A stretch of 64,000 nucleotides of DNA from Octopus vulgaris (Eukaryota): positions 15,190,001 through 15,254,000 of the forward strand of contig OX597840.1 of NCBI GenBank assembly GCA_951406725.2, in the 5' to 3' direction. The first letter of the stretch is position 1. Every line of letters starts with the position of its first letter. The position numbers and the translations under genes were made by a program. Under the pieces are notes generated by a model. It ran no database searches. It worked only from the letters and a program-made list of their open reading frames with translations, and was not told the origin of the DNA. Shown here piece after piece: positions 50,448 through 63,898 of the stretch.

Positions 50448-50970
50448 ATATATATATCATATATAATCATATATGCACCAAAAAGTCATACTATATGTTT
50501 ATCAATGAAACTGTAATGACATGTGAAGAGTTAATAAGCCTGTTAATCGCTTACAAACACACACACACACACACAAACACACCTATCATTGCGTCTGGGG
50601 AGAGTCATTCTGTTTTAATGTAATACTTTGTTAATTAACACACTCACTGGTTAAATTTCCACTCATTTGCTTGATTGATTGATTGATTCTAGTTTCAGCT
50701 CATGAGCTGTGGCCATGCTGGGGCACCGTCATTTCGCTGGGGCACCGCCATTTATTTTTTCTTAAAACTTTCATTGTTTCTTGCAACCTCTTTAATAGTC
50801 CAAATGTGTGTGTGTGTATATATGATGGCTTCTTTCAGTTTCTGTATACCAGATCCACTCACAGAACTTTGGGCAGTAAAACACTTGCTGAAGGCCTCAG
50901 GTCTGAGCCCTGAAACATGTGTTTGGGATGCAAGCTTCTTACCACACAGCCTCACCTTCACCTTCATATG

Positions 50971-51033
<63 letters not shown>

Positions 51034-51372
51034 CATTATCATCCAGTGTTTTGAATTTAGGTTTTGTCCCCATTCACTGGGGTGGCTGGATCTACCTCAA
51101 TGCCATAGCAACTGAGGAAGGCAGGTACAACCCACCCCAGCCTTTGGGCTGGCTGGAGAACATTCTCCTTTGCTATCAAGAGGCTTTTTTGGAGCTGGAT
51201 TTTCTATGGAGAGCATGTCCTTGCTTACCCCCAACCTCAGTTTCTAGACATGAGTGGTCCCGAGACCAAGGCCTCTACCATGATTTTTAAGAAATGTGGT
51301 GGAAAACTAACTCAGGAAGGCAGGGATGCTACTTCCTGAGACCCCTTTCAGAGCCCCCCCTGCCTACATATA

Positions 51373-51419
<47 letters not shown>

Positions 51420-52344
51420 ATCAGCTTCCCTTTCCAGCTGCTATTTCAGAGACATGATTATATTCATGTCATTATTAGTAATTTGTAATATTTCCATTAA
51501 TAATCCTTAATCCTTTTCTGTTTAATCAAATCAATAATCCACCTATGTCTGGTTACCTCGAACACCTCACAACTTCTTGGTCTCGACGAATCATTCGATT
51601 TTATTGTCATACAGACAGTTTGTATTAAATTAGGTGGTTGTGGGTGGATTGTCTTCAGTCACCAGTCTTCTTGGTAAAGTTTTATTTTTGTGGCTAAACA
51701 TCAAGAACAACAACATTTCTACCCCAACAAGCATCATATAATGATTGTATGTGTGACAGATTAAATGGGAGGAAGAAGAAAAGAAATATTATTGGCCTTT
51801 TATTTCCATAATTACAAAGTAAGATACACCTTCTTCAAGTTGTTGTTAGACACAACTTATTTGTTGGTTCTGCTATCCATTCTGTAGGTGGTTAAATTCA
51901 TCTTTTGTTGACTGCTAGAAGACTGGTGGAAAAAGAAGAAAGAAAATGTAAAAGAATTTACACAAGTAGAGAGGATGAAATTTATATGCTTCCTCTTTGA
52001 CAACTCATCGGTCAAGAAAGAAACAGATACTCTTTGGCTAGATGTCAAATGACCAGAGCAATAGAGCCATTTTGGGTTCTGTATTTTTTTTTTTAACTAA
52101 ATTAGGTCCGGCTGAACAAAGGATCCTTTCCTCTGTAATCAGCCTTGACCCATGTTTGACTTGAAAAGGTTACAGGTTAACAATTAGCACTCATAGATTT
52201 CTAAGAACAAAAGCTGACAACAATTCGAAAGGAACTGGTAGAAAGATATAGATTCTGTTTCGAATCCTGGCTTAGAAGTCTAAGAAGCTATTCATTACAA
52301 TCACATCAAACATCAAATCTGAACCATATCAAAGCTAGGTCCTG

Positions 52345-52385
52345 TTATCATCATCATCATCATCATCATCATTACCAACACTATC

Positions 52386-52419
<34 letters not shown>

Positions 52420-52645
52420 CTCTTGTCATCATCATCATCACCCCACCCCTTCCTTTAATGCCGACAACAAACACCAACTTTCATCCCTCTCTCTTCATTT
52501 ATCTTCACTTCCACCACTACCACCACCACCACCATAACACCAACAACCACTGTCACTGCAACCACAACTACTGCTGCCACCACTACTATTACTACTACTA
52601 CTGTCTCAATCACCACCATTATCATTATCACTTGTAACTGCTGCC

Positions 52646-52689
<44 letters not shown>

Positions 52690-53080
52690 CAGCAGTAATA
52701 CTATACCAGTGTATTTCTTTTATCTCTTCTTTATAATCACCACCATCACCACTACCATTACTACCACTGCCACCACCACTACTACCACCACTACTACTAC
52801 TACCAGCATCTCTATTGACACCACCACCACCATCGCAACTACCACTACCACCACCACCGTCACCACAACAACCACTGCCACCACCACTATCATCATCAGC
52901 AGCACCACCCCCACCACAGCTATCACCACAACTGCCACCATCACAACTACCACCACCACTACAACCAGCATCAACACCACTACCACAACCACAACTCCCA
53001 CTGCCACTTTCACAATTACCAGCATGACAACTACTACTACCACTACCACCACCATCACCACCACTTCCAGTACCACCTCA
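52345..53080. repeat. Degenerate (ACC/ACT/ATC)n array
   Basis: Seen directly; gives a poly-T pseudo-ORF. Confidence 0.9.
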
Positions 53081-53324
53081 TGTGCTACTGTACTACAACC
53101 AACAAGAAATCCTTCCTCTTCTCCTTCCACCTCTCCCCCACCTCCGCTATATTGTCTTATCAACATGCAACACAACCAATAACTAATTACTGCCGCACAT
53201 TTAATTGGAATTAAGAAATAACGAATCTCATTTCATACAATTCGAACCACAACAAACAACAAGACATAAATAAATACAGAAATTAATATCATGTAAACAG
53301 CAACAACAGCAACAGCAACAAACC

Positions 53325-53397
53325 CCACCTTCCCACCAACACCACCTTCCCACCAACACCACCTTCCCACCAACACCACCTTCCCACCAACACCACC
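53325..53397. repeat. 17-bp minisatellite x4
   Basis: CCACCTTCCCACCAACA x4. Confidence 0.92.
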
Positions 53398-53514
53398 GTC
53401 CTCTTAGAAATATGTGTGTGATGGATGAGGTAGCTCCCAGCCATTCCGCTATGCATAGAGAAAACTCGGGAAGGGCACGGTTGGAATGTCTTGTTATGTC
53501 TGCTCAACATGGCC

Positions 53515-54165
53515 ACCTGGCAGGATTGTTAGCACACCAGGCAAAATGCTTAGTGATATTTTGTCCATCTGCATGTTCTGAGTTCAAATTCTGCCTTGGT
53601 TGACTTTGTCTTTCATTTTTCAAGGATCAATTAAATAAGTGCTCGTTATGCAATGGGGTCGATGTAATTGAGTTACCCCCTTCCCACCCACCAGTATTTC
53701 AGGCCTTGTGCCTGTAGTAGAAAGGATTATCATCATCATCATCATCATTATTATTATTATTAAGGTGGCGAGCTGGCAGAATTGTTAGCACACCAGGTGA
53801 AATGCTTAGCGGTATTTCGTCTGTCTTTACATTCTGAGTTCAAATTCCTTCAAGGTCAACTTTGCCTTTCATCCTTTTGGGGTTGATGCCATAAGTACCA
53901 GTTAAGTGCTGGGGTCAATATGATCGACTATCCCTCTCCCCATAAATTTCAAGCCTGTTGTTGTTATTGTTGCTGCTGCTGTTGTTGTCATGGTCGTTGT
54001 TGTTGTTGTTGCTGTTGTTGTTGTTTAGGTAGTGAGCTGGTAGAATCATTTGAACAATGAGCAAAATGCTTAGAGGTATTTCGTCTGCCCCTGCATTCCA
54101 AGCTGTTGTAATTGTCTTACCCCATCGCTGAAATTGCTGGCCTTGTGCCAAAATTCGAAAGTATT
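53515..54165 (+). mobile_element. Three tandem family B SINEs
   Basis: Repeated heads and GAGTTCAAATTC boxes; tail types 2 and 3. Confidence 0.8.
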
Positions 54166-54384
54166 TTTACTGTTACGCATTGCTATCATCAGCACCACCA
54201 CCCACACCATCACTTCCACTATAATCAACATCATCGTCATCATCATCAGAGCTTGACATCAGCTTTTCCATGTTGGTTTAGGCTGGACAAGGTTTTTGAT
54301 TCCATAATTTACAATTGGATGCATCGGTTGTTGCCAGTTCTTTTAGCCTCTCATGATGAGTAGGGAGACTGCTTTTCAATTATA

Positions 54385-54788
54385 TTCTTCTATTTGTTTC
54401 AGTCATTTGACTGCGGCCATGCTGGAGCACCACCTTTAGTTGAACAAATCGACTCCATGACTCATTCTTTGTATGCCTAGTACTTATTCTATCGGTCTCT
54501 TTTGCCGAACCGCTAAGATATAGGGACAAAGACAAGCCACCAAGGGATGTCAAGCGATGGTGGGGGACAAACACAAACATACACACACACACATACAAAT
54601 ATATATATATATATATATATATACAACGGGCTTCTTTCAGTTTCTGTCTACCAAATCCACTCACAAGGCTTTGGTCAGCCCAAGGCTATAGTAGAAAACA
54701 CTTGTCCAAGGTGCCACGCAGTGGGATTGAACCCGGAATTATGTGGTTGGTAAGCAAGCTACTTACTACACAGCCACTCCTGTGCCTA
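54385..54788 (-). mobile_element. Family A SINE, full length
   Basis: By-eye alignment to family A. Confidence 0.9.
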
Positions 54789-55142
54789 TCACAGTATAGC
54801 CCAGTGTGCTAATGATTCTGTCAGCTGACCACCTAAGCAACAAGAACAGCTACAACATTTCACAATATAATGAAGTGGTCACACATAAAAAAGTATGAGA
54901 GCAGAGTTTAGTGTTGAAACACACTGTCTTTATGTCAATAAATTTTGAAAATAATAAAGAATTTATTGAGAGAACTGTGTCGTTATTAACCCTTTTGATC
55001 TCCCCCCCCCCCAGCTGATGCCATCCCTGCCATAACACAAACTTCCAATTTTAAAGTGATCTGAATCAAAGACTTCCATCAAAATTTCATGTTAATATAT
55101 ATTCAAAAGGCCAGCTTAATAAGGACAAAATTATTTTATTAA

Positions 55143-55695
55143 ATTCTTTTATATGTTTCAGTCCAATGACTGTGGCCATACTAGAGCACCGCCATTGTAA
55201 TCATCTTTCCACTTTCCACCTTTGTCAGAGCAGCTTTTAGTGAAGAATGGAGTTCGATGCTACTGCCCTCTTTTGATTTTCTTGCTTAGATATTGGCTCA
55301 TCTGAGATCTCTGCGAGCCAGAGGTCAAGTTCACATTTGAAAACGTCTACATCCACTCGATGGAGGCTCCTCAGATGCTTCGGCAGACAGTTAAACAGCT
55401 GTGGGCCCTTGAAACACAAGCTATTGCAGTACATCGTCGTTGCCCGAGATGAAGCAGTCGGCACATTGGGGACAGCACAGTGATGTCCCATTCGTGGTCT
55501 GGTATAGCTCTTTACTCCAAAGTTTGGTTCCAGTCTTTCCAGTATCTTTCATAAATATATATTACTGCATACCTCTCCCGCCTTCACTCCAGGGAATAGA
55601 GTCGCAGCTCTTTCAACCTGTCCCAGTAACTCAATTGTTCCATTTCTTTGTGTTATGTTGTTGGACTGCTCTAAGCTCTGCCATCGTCCTTGTAG
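55143..55695 (-). pseudogene. 5'-truncated CR1-like LINE: ORF2 C-terminus (about 55237-55690) plus short 3' UTR
   Basis: LSYWDRLKELRLYSLE*RRERY and NSLCFKGPQLFNCLPKHLR...FKCELDLWL motifs typical of CR1-group ORF2 ends. Confidence 0.85.
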
Positions 55696-56015
55696 TATAA
55701 TTCTTTGTTGGTAAAGAAAGGTAAACATGTGTTTGGAACACAAATTAACAGGAAATTTTGATGGAAGGTTTTACTTTAGATTGCTTTCACAGAATCAGGG
55801 GGTCGTCTCAGATGTATTTGATATCAAAAGGGTTCAACAGACATTTTACAACGAACCAGACAGGATTTTGAAAATAATCAAGAATTGTAAGGAAGTGTGT
55901 TTATTTCAAGAGAAATACTGTGATTAAAGGGTTGAAGTAAATTCTGTCCTCATAAGCATGGCTGTGTGGTAAGAAGAGTGCTTCCCAACCATGTAGTCTT
56001 CGGTTCAGTACCGCT

Positions 56016-56675
56016 CAGTGGCGGCTCATAGATAAAATTGGAGTGGTTGCTGCTTCAGAAAATCTTTAGCCATTGTTTTAATTCTGTGTAAAAGAAACAA
56101 ACATGTAAAAAGAAAATGTGTGCATAAACTTGATTGCTTCATGTTTTAGCCATGTAGTGTGTTTAATTTGTTCACTGAACACTGCTGCAAATTCCCCATT
56201 GTTTTTCACCCCCCCCCCCCCAAAATCACAAAATAAGGGGAGAAAATCTGCCCTATTTTTCAAATCGTGACAGCACTGAAGCTGGAAGCAGAATAATAAT
56301 CTAATTCTACACTTTATCACACGTTTTTAAACACAACACACACAAAGTCAAACAGAAACACTACCTTTCACTTGCCACTGTCGTTCACGCAGCGCTCTCT
56401 CTCCCTAGCATGAAGCTTCCTGTCTCAGACATGTGCGCATGCACACAACAACCAAACACTATGTCGCTGGAACTGTGAAGCACACAGTTCTATACAAGGA
56501 TTTAAAAATTTTTTTCATAAGCTAAGGGATGGCTACTGAAATTAAGCTTAACGATTATATAATATAAAGAAAAAATTAAAGAGAAAAGGATTCATTATAT
56601 TGAATATTATCGATAACATCAAGTGGAAATAGGGGTTGCTACAGTTCCACAGTGCCTATACATGAGCCACCACTG
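56016..56675. mobile_element. hAT-type MITE inserted in a family A SINE (about 55955-56967)
   Basis: Terminal repeats CAGTGGCGGCTCAT / ATGAGCCACCACTG; 8-bp target duplication GTACCGCT / GTACTGCT; the SINE resumes after it. Confidence 0.88.
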
Positions 56676-57649
56676 GTACTGCTACATGGTGCCTTAAGCA
56701 AGTGCCCTCCACTATAGCACTGGGCCAATCGAAGCCTTGTGAGTGGATTTAGTAGATAGAAACTGAAAGAAACCTTATGTGTCTTTCTGTTTATGTTTTT
56801 ATCCTACCAGTGCTGGTTTGTTTACATCCCTGTTAAAAAAGAGACTGATAGAATAAGTACCAGGTTTAAGAATAAGTGCTGGAGTTAATTTTCAACTAAC
56901 CCCTTTAAGAAGGTGCTCTAGTTTGGTCAGAGACCAAAGGCTGAAACAAGCAAAAGATAAAAGATAACTCTATGTAAAAACTCTTCATTGTTTTCCCCTT
57001 TTAAATGAACTAATTTGATCAACGTTAACCAAACGACTGGAACATAATTTTATGAAAAGTATGCTTATAATTACAATGGAAGATTTAGTTCAAATATAAA
57101 TATTTTAAAATGGTAAAGCATTGAATCCAGAATCGCTTGTGATCTCAGGCAGATTGGTATCAAAAGGGTTAAATGAACAGACTGTGGCACTAAAACTGAA
57201 AGAATTATTATATTATTGAAGACATTGGTTGTTTGTATAAGCATGCGTCAGTGCAATGTGTTGTTGCAGTAACACAATTGCAGCTACACAATGGAACTAC
57301 CAGGATAATAAAATGGAATATTTTTCATGCATCTTTTTATTAATGTTTGAAATGAAATAGTAGAATTCCCCACAGACATATCTTGTCAAACAGAGAAAAA
57401 TCATATTTATCAAAGTCTGAATGGATTGGGAAAATATTAATTTAAAAATTTGTAATCGTTTGGAGCCAAACTTTTATTTACTGTTTATTTTTTTCTATTG
57501 TTTTCTACGTGTTGCTGTTTTTGTTATTGGTGAGCCACAGGTCAGCTAGCACTGATCAAACAAGCCTATGATCAAATGCATTCCAATTGTGGTTACCCTG
57601 CCTTCTTCATATGTGAGGGAAACAAAACCGGATTATTTTAACGTATCCT

Positions 57650-58015
57650 CTTTTACTCTTTTACTTCTTTCAGTCATTTGACTGCGGCCATGCTGGAGCA
57701 CCGCCTTTAGTCGAGCAAATCAACCCCAGGACTTATTCTTTGTAAGCCTAGTACTTATTCTATCGGTCCCTTTTGCTGAACCACTAAGTTACAGGGACGT
57801 AAACACACCACCATTGGCTGTCAAGCGATGTTGGGGCGACAAACACAAACACATAAATACACTCACACATACTTATATACGATGGGCTTCTTTCAGTTTC
57901 CGTCTACCAAATCCACTCACAAGGCTTTGGTCAGCCCGAGGCTATAGTAGAAGACACTTGCCCAAGGTGCCACGCAGTGGGAATGAACCCGGAACCACAC
58001 AGCCACTCTTGCGCC
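57650..58015 (-). mobile_element. Family A SINE inserted in a family D repeat
   Basis: By-eye alignment; family D halves at 57530-57650 and 58040-58125. Confidence 0.85.
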
Positions 58016-58427
58016 CAGTGTCCTGTTCAAATTTCAAATTTTCTAAGATGGTGAGCCATGATTTCAGGGATATTTGACTGCTGTTTCTAGCAAGAGCAGT
58101 TACCATATAGAGGATCTCTCATTGATTCATGTAATGTTGCTTAATTAGTAGGGTCATTAGAACAGACACAAAACCTTGCACAATACCTTGTGGTATTTAT
58201 TCCAATTTTCTACACTGCAAGTTCAAACTCTTGGGACATCAACTTAACTTTTCATCCTTTTGGGGTCAATAAAACAACTGTTCTACTAATCTGGTGTAAC
58301 TGCTCGTGTGTTGGACAGGATGGTTTGGAGACATTTTGAATTAGGAGGCGAGTGGGTGTATTGAAACATCCAGCCAAGTGGAATTTTGAAAATAATCAAG
58401 GATTTAAAGGCATTTATTAAAATAACT

Positions 58428-58737
58428 GTGGAGGCACAATGGCCCAGTGGTTAGCGCAGCAGACTTGCAGTCGTAGGATTGCAGTTTCGATACCCAGACT
58501 GGGCATTGTGAGTGTTTATTGAGCGAAAACATCTAAAGTTCCATGAGGCTCCGGCAGGGGGTGGTGGTGATCCCTGCTGTACTCTTTCACCACATCTTTC
58601 TCTCACTCTTTCTTTTGTTGTCCTGCTCGCTTAGCCAGCAGGGTGGCATCATTAAAGGCTAAAACAATGTGAAGCACATTGTGACCAGCGATGTGTAGCA
58701 ACATCTGATGGCTTGGTCGGTAATGTGATCATGTGAT
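58428..58737 (+). mobile_element. Family C SINE, full length
   Basis: Colinear with the reverse complement of 3401-3687. Confidence 0.88.
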
Positions 58738-58774
58738 TAAAATAACTAATTTTGTTATTTTAACATTTGGAATA

Positions 58775-59972
58775 TATTAGGATTGGCAGAAAAGTTCATA
58801 GGTTGATGAAGACACTCAAATAGAATGTGACCAAACATAGTCCTCTTTGCAGTCCACACACTTCTTCCATCAGTGTTCCAGTGCTTGGATCCCATTGGTG
58901 AAAAAGCTCTCATCCTGTTGGCCAAAAAAGCCATCAACAGCATCTATGAAGTCATCGTCACTGTGATTCTGGTTCCCAACCGACTGCTTTCTTTCTTGTT
59001 GTGGAACAGATGATAGTCAGATGAAACCAAATAAGGAGAAAAGATAGGGTGGAGCATTGTCCTGATGAAACAAGACCCCTTTTCTCAGTTCAGTGTCCCT
59101 GTGTATTTGGTCTTTATAGCCTTTCGTAACTGCCTCAGCAAGTTGGCATAGGACCACACCTCTCTATTGGTGGTGTGGTTCTTTTGGAAATAGTCATTCA
59201 ACCCAATGCTTTTAGTATCCCAAAAGACTGAGGCCATCACCTTCCCTACCAATGAAATGATTTTGGCTTTCTTTGAACCAGGTGAGGAGGGGGTGTTACC
59301 ACTGCATGGATTGTCTCTTTGTCTCTGGCTCAAAGCGATGAACTCAACACTCATTTTGGGTTGAGAAACATTCAAAGAAACCTGCTGGATCTGCTTCAAA
59401 CAATGTCAGATTTTCCCATGATTTTCAGCACATTTGATCAGGTGTCAGAAGATGTGGCATCCTCTGAGCAAAATCTTCATTATGCTAAGTTCATTGTGCA
59501 GAATATTCTCAGCTCTCACTGAATATGCCAATAGTATTGGCTGTTTGATTCATAGTCAATCGTCCATCATCCATCACCATATGGTGAACACGATCAATGT
59601 TTTCCTCGGTGGCGGCAGTTGCAGGATGTCCAGACTTGGGTCATCTACAAGACTCTCCATTCCTCTGCTAAATTCAGATGCCCACTTCTGCACTGTTGAT
59701 AAAGCTGGAGCATCATCTCCTGATGTAGCAGCCATGTCACTATGAATGTCCTTGGGGCTTAAACCCTTTTTCTGCAGGCACTTGATAATGCCACAATGCC
59801 AAATTTTGTCCCTTTTCAAGAGAGGTGGCTACTAGTTCTTTGAATAGTCAGTTTACCTGGAAAGAAACAAGGAGGTTATTAATAAGAAGAGCTGAAATTA
59901 ATGCATGGTAGAATTCACAGCTCAAGCATTACACCTCCGTAGTCAGCCTATGAGCTTTTCAGCCCACCCTCG
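58775..59972 (-). mobile_element. Near full-length decayed mariner element
   Basis: Terminal repeats GGATTGGCAGAAAAGTTCATAGGTTGA / TCAGCCTATGAGCTTTTCAGCCCACCC; IIKCLQKKGLSPKDIHSDM...STVQKWASEFSRG, GKVMASVFWD, LFHQDNAP and SDYHLF motifs across frameshifts. Confidence 0.9.
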
Positions 59973-60289
59973 AATCATCATCATCATCATCCTTTATCAT
60001 CCACTTTTCTATGTTTGCATGGGTTGGAAGGAATTTGTTGAGGCAAATTTTCTAAAGCTGGATGCCCATCCTGTCAACAACCTTTACCTGTTTCCAAGCA
60101 AGGTAATATTTCCCCTTGACCACACTGGAAATGACTAATGCTTCTTGTACGAGAATGACAACCATTTACAACTGTCGCTCAATGTCAAGACAAGGAGAGA
60201 CACACACACACACATACATATACATACACCTGCATACATATATATATACACGTACACACGCATACATATATACACACACATTATAAAGA

Positions 60290-60424
60290 TGAAGGTAGTC
60301 AGGATTTTGAATAAAAAAACTATTTATTGGCACTTTCATCTTTCGAGAAATCCATCATGATGAATATCTCAAAAGAGATGAAAGCACTAAAGAAATAATT
60401 TTCATCCAAAATCTTAACTACTTC
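60290..60424. repeat. Imperfect palindrome with a hammerhead-like core at its centre
   Basis: Centre CATCA|TGATG; plus arm ATGATGA-AT-ATCTC[AAAA]GAGAT-GAAAG-CA-CTA. Confidence 0.6.
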
Positions 60425-61255
60425 GTTTCTCTTAATATGAAAAATCTTTATACCACATCAAACAATCTATACATACATACGTATGTACATACATACGTAT
60501 GTACATACATACACACACACACACACACATACACACACACACACACATATATATGTGCATAGAGAATACATATATACATCCACACATACATACACACTCA
60601 TACATGCATACATACATACACACACATACACACATACACAAACGCACTCACATACATACATACACGCATATAGACACACATTCATACACACATGCACACA
60701 TACATGCATGAACACACATATATACATACACACATGCATACATACATAAATACATACATACATAGACACACACACACATACACACACACACAAACATATA
60801 TATACATACTTATAAAAAGAAACACATACATACATACATACACACACATGCACACACACACAAACATATATACATATATACTTATAAAAAGAAACACACA
60901 TACATGCATACATACATACACACATACATACATACACACACACATACATACATACATACACATACATTTATTCCTTCATTCCCTTATGTGACAAGCTTTC
61001 ACTTTCCATCTACCAAATCTTCTCAGAAGACTGAGGTCAGCCTGATGCTATCATTTGTTGAAGGCGCCACATGTGTGGTTGGGAAATGAACTTCTCCACA
61101 TGCGGGACACCATGAACAGCTAAGTCCTCTGGGGACCCTAAATACTTTAATGTATTTATCGTTGACGCTTTCCAGCCATGACCATCACAACCTTTTAGAA
61201 ATAGTAATAGCTACATTATTTAATCTGTTTTTCCAGTTTCTTTTTTTAATGATGA

Positions 61256-61952
61256 GACTAGCTTAAGGTGACCCGCTCTACGCACGGGTAAGAGTGTGGT
61301 TGTTACTTTTTGTTGCTTCCATTCTGTTTTTTATCACCACATTCTCCCTCTTTGTTTCTCTCCCCTTTCTCTCTCACTTTCCCACTCTCTTACTCTTCTT
61401 TTCTCTCAGACTTTCCCTTGCTTTCTCTTACTCTCTATCTTTATCTATCTATCTCTTTCCCATTTATAAACAACAAAAGATCTTGAGTAAGTTGAGAAAG
61501 TGAAATATTTTGAAAGATCAATCATAAATATCAGGCAGTGACAATAAAACTCTCTATGAATGCAGACAGACATACAGAGAGAGAGAGAGAGAGAGGGAGG
61601 CGGTGGGGGAAAGAGGGACAGCGCTGGCAAAGGTAGCGGGGGGGGGGAGATAGTAGTATCTGTCAAACGTCGTTATAGAGAGAAAGTGATGGGAAGGGAG
61701 GAAACAGAGAGAGACAGAGGAAGACATGCAGATAAGAGAATGAGAGGAGACTTGTCAAAGTGTGCGTTTTTTGCCCTAGTAACGACACCTTTTAAGATAG
61801 GGATTTCTAACCTAGCCCACTGACATCCTCACCTCATTTACATGTCCCTGTAAATTTTGGAGTCAATCTGACGGGATTTAGTGCCCTTTAACCCATTCCA
61901 ATGCCAAAACCAGACAAACAAACTTTTCGCATTTCAGATTTATTGATATGAT
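61256..61952. mobile_element. Probable Helentron-like non-autonomous element
   Basis: ACTAG...ACCCGCTCTACGCACGGGT terminal hairpin and CAGACAAACAAAC near the other end; appears to interrupt a family D repeat; similar start ACTAG..CCTGGTTTCACCAGG at 25839. Confidence 0.45.
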
Positions 61953-63124
61953 TTCAGTGAGATTAAGCTGCTATTTCTAGCAGATCAATTAACAAGATAA
62001 AAGCTCGTTGTTGTGCAAATATTATTATTTGTTGTTTAACCCCAGGTCAGCCCTGATTGTGAAGACCTGTAATGAAAGACATTCCAAGCATGACCAACCT
62101 GGCTGTTTTTCTTTCAGAGTGTATCTAGAACTTTTAATGTGTCTGTTCTTTTGTTAAGTTCATAGAGTGTGGGTTGTGGGAGATTAACCTGCCATTTCCA
62201 GCAGGTCGAGCCACATTTTTATCATGTGTGTGTTGTACCTTCATATGTTGGTGAAACTCTGAAAGCACATTTGAGTTTTAAAGTTCTTAAAACCACAACA
62301 ACAACAACAACAACAATAATAACAACAACCAGAAGTGTTTTAAGGTTGTTTTCCCTTCTGAAGCAAGGATTACTCTTGAGGGCTCTGTGATAGCCTTTTC
62401 TATTCTCCCCTGTCCTCTACATTGCCCCCACCCCATCACTAATCCCTGTTGCCTTTATTTCCTCCTCTTTTGTCCTTAGCCATGAATTTTTTTCACTTTT
62501 TCTATTTCCTTCCACATTCCTTTACACTATTCTCATCACCTGCTCACTTTTGTCCATCCTTTGCACATGACACAACCATTTCATCCCATTTCTCAGAAGT
62601 AGTTTTGAAAAGAACTTTGATAATGATGCTAAAAATTTGGCTAGATTATGTAAAATGATTACCTTAGTCATAATTAACCCTTTTATGCCCATATTTCTAA
62701 TTAGATACACTATCTGTTTCAATTAATTTTGAAAATTATTGGGAATTTGGAGATCTTTAGTAAAGTAATTTTGTCATTATGACACTGGCATTTTATTATT
62801 TAAATAAAGAAATAACAATTTAATTCAGATATAAATGAACTTCTTGAAGATGAACAGTTTAAAACTGTTTAAAAACGGTGTTTTGTATTGGAGAAAAAGA
62901 GGAAGAGGCAAGAAGAGATTTTAAAGATAAAGTTCTGGAAATGACAGGTTTATTAACAAGCAGAATCCTAGGAAATTCTTTGTTATTAATTTTTTATTAT
63001 TTCTATTTTGTTGCATATATTTGTTAATCTCCATAACATCAATTCATTATATTTAAAGCGTTTGCCTATATCTTAAGTTTTTTTCAGTAACAGAGGTTGT
63101 TTAAAGCATAACACTCAACACTTG

Positions 63125-63491
63125 TTTACTCTTTTACTTCTTTCAGTCATTTGACTGTGGCCATGCCGGAGCACCGTCTTTAGTCGAGCAAATTGACCCC
63201 AGGGCTTATTCTTTGTAAGCCTAGTATTTATTTTATCGGTCTCTTTTGCCAAACCACTTAGTTACAGTTGTCAAGCGATGTTGGGAGAACAAACCTATAC
63301 ACACACATACATATATATAGATATATACGACAGGCTTCTTTCAGTTTCCGTCTACCAAATCCACTCACAAAGCTTTGGTCAGCCTGAGGCTATAGTAGAA
63401 GACACTTGCCCAAGGTTCCACACAGTGGAACTGAACCCAGGACCATGTGGTTGGTAAGCAAGCTACTTACCACACAGCCACTCCGATGCCT
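63125..63491 (-). mobile_element. Family A SINE
   Basis: By-eye alignment to family A. Confidence 0.88.
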
Positions 63492-63780
63492 ATTTCTTTA
63501 CTTGAAATATTTTGATTTTTATCTTCGAGTTTGTTTGATAGTTAAGGTTGTTTACTGTGTAACGCTTTGAAGTCATTACAACTTAAGTTATGTTACTTGA
63601 TGCTTTGTGTTCACATCCAGCACCTGGATGAACTTTTCTTCTTTTGTCCTTTTGGGGATTTGATTAGATAAAATAGCAGTCAAATGCCTGTGTTTGAAGA
63701 AAACTGTTGACTGGAGAAGAAAGAAAAGAAGATTGGATAAAAAGTAGAATATATAAGGAGGAGGAAGGAGGAGAGGAAGT

Positions 63781-63898
63781 GGTGGAGGAGGATCGAGGGG
63801 AGGAGGTGGTGGAGGAGGATCGAGGGGAGGAGGTGGTGGAGGAGGATCGAGGGGAGGAGGTGGTGGAGGAGGATCGAGGGGAGGAGGTGGTGGAGGAG
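63781..63898. repeat. 27-bp G-rich minisatellite, about 4.4 copies
   Basis: GGTGGAGGAGGATCGAGGGGAGGAGGT repeated perfectly. Confidence 0.95.

Noticed and set aside
51919-52051. Possible terminal exon (DWWKKKKENVKEFTQVER...)
   Set aside because: Short A-rich frame, no homology recognised, acceptor unremarkable.
52709-53182. Mucin-like Thr-rich ORF
   Set aside because: (ACC/ACT)n low-complexity tract with no ATG start or convincing exon boundaries.
53325-53397. CRISPR-like repeat array
   Set aside because: Contiguous repeats without spacers, eukaryotic context and no cas genes.
58428-58505. tRNA gene
   Set aside because: tRNA-like A/B boxes are the head of a SINE; no acceptor stem, and the sequence continues into the SINE body.
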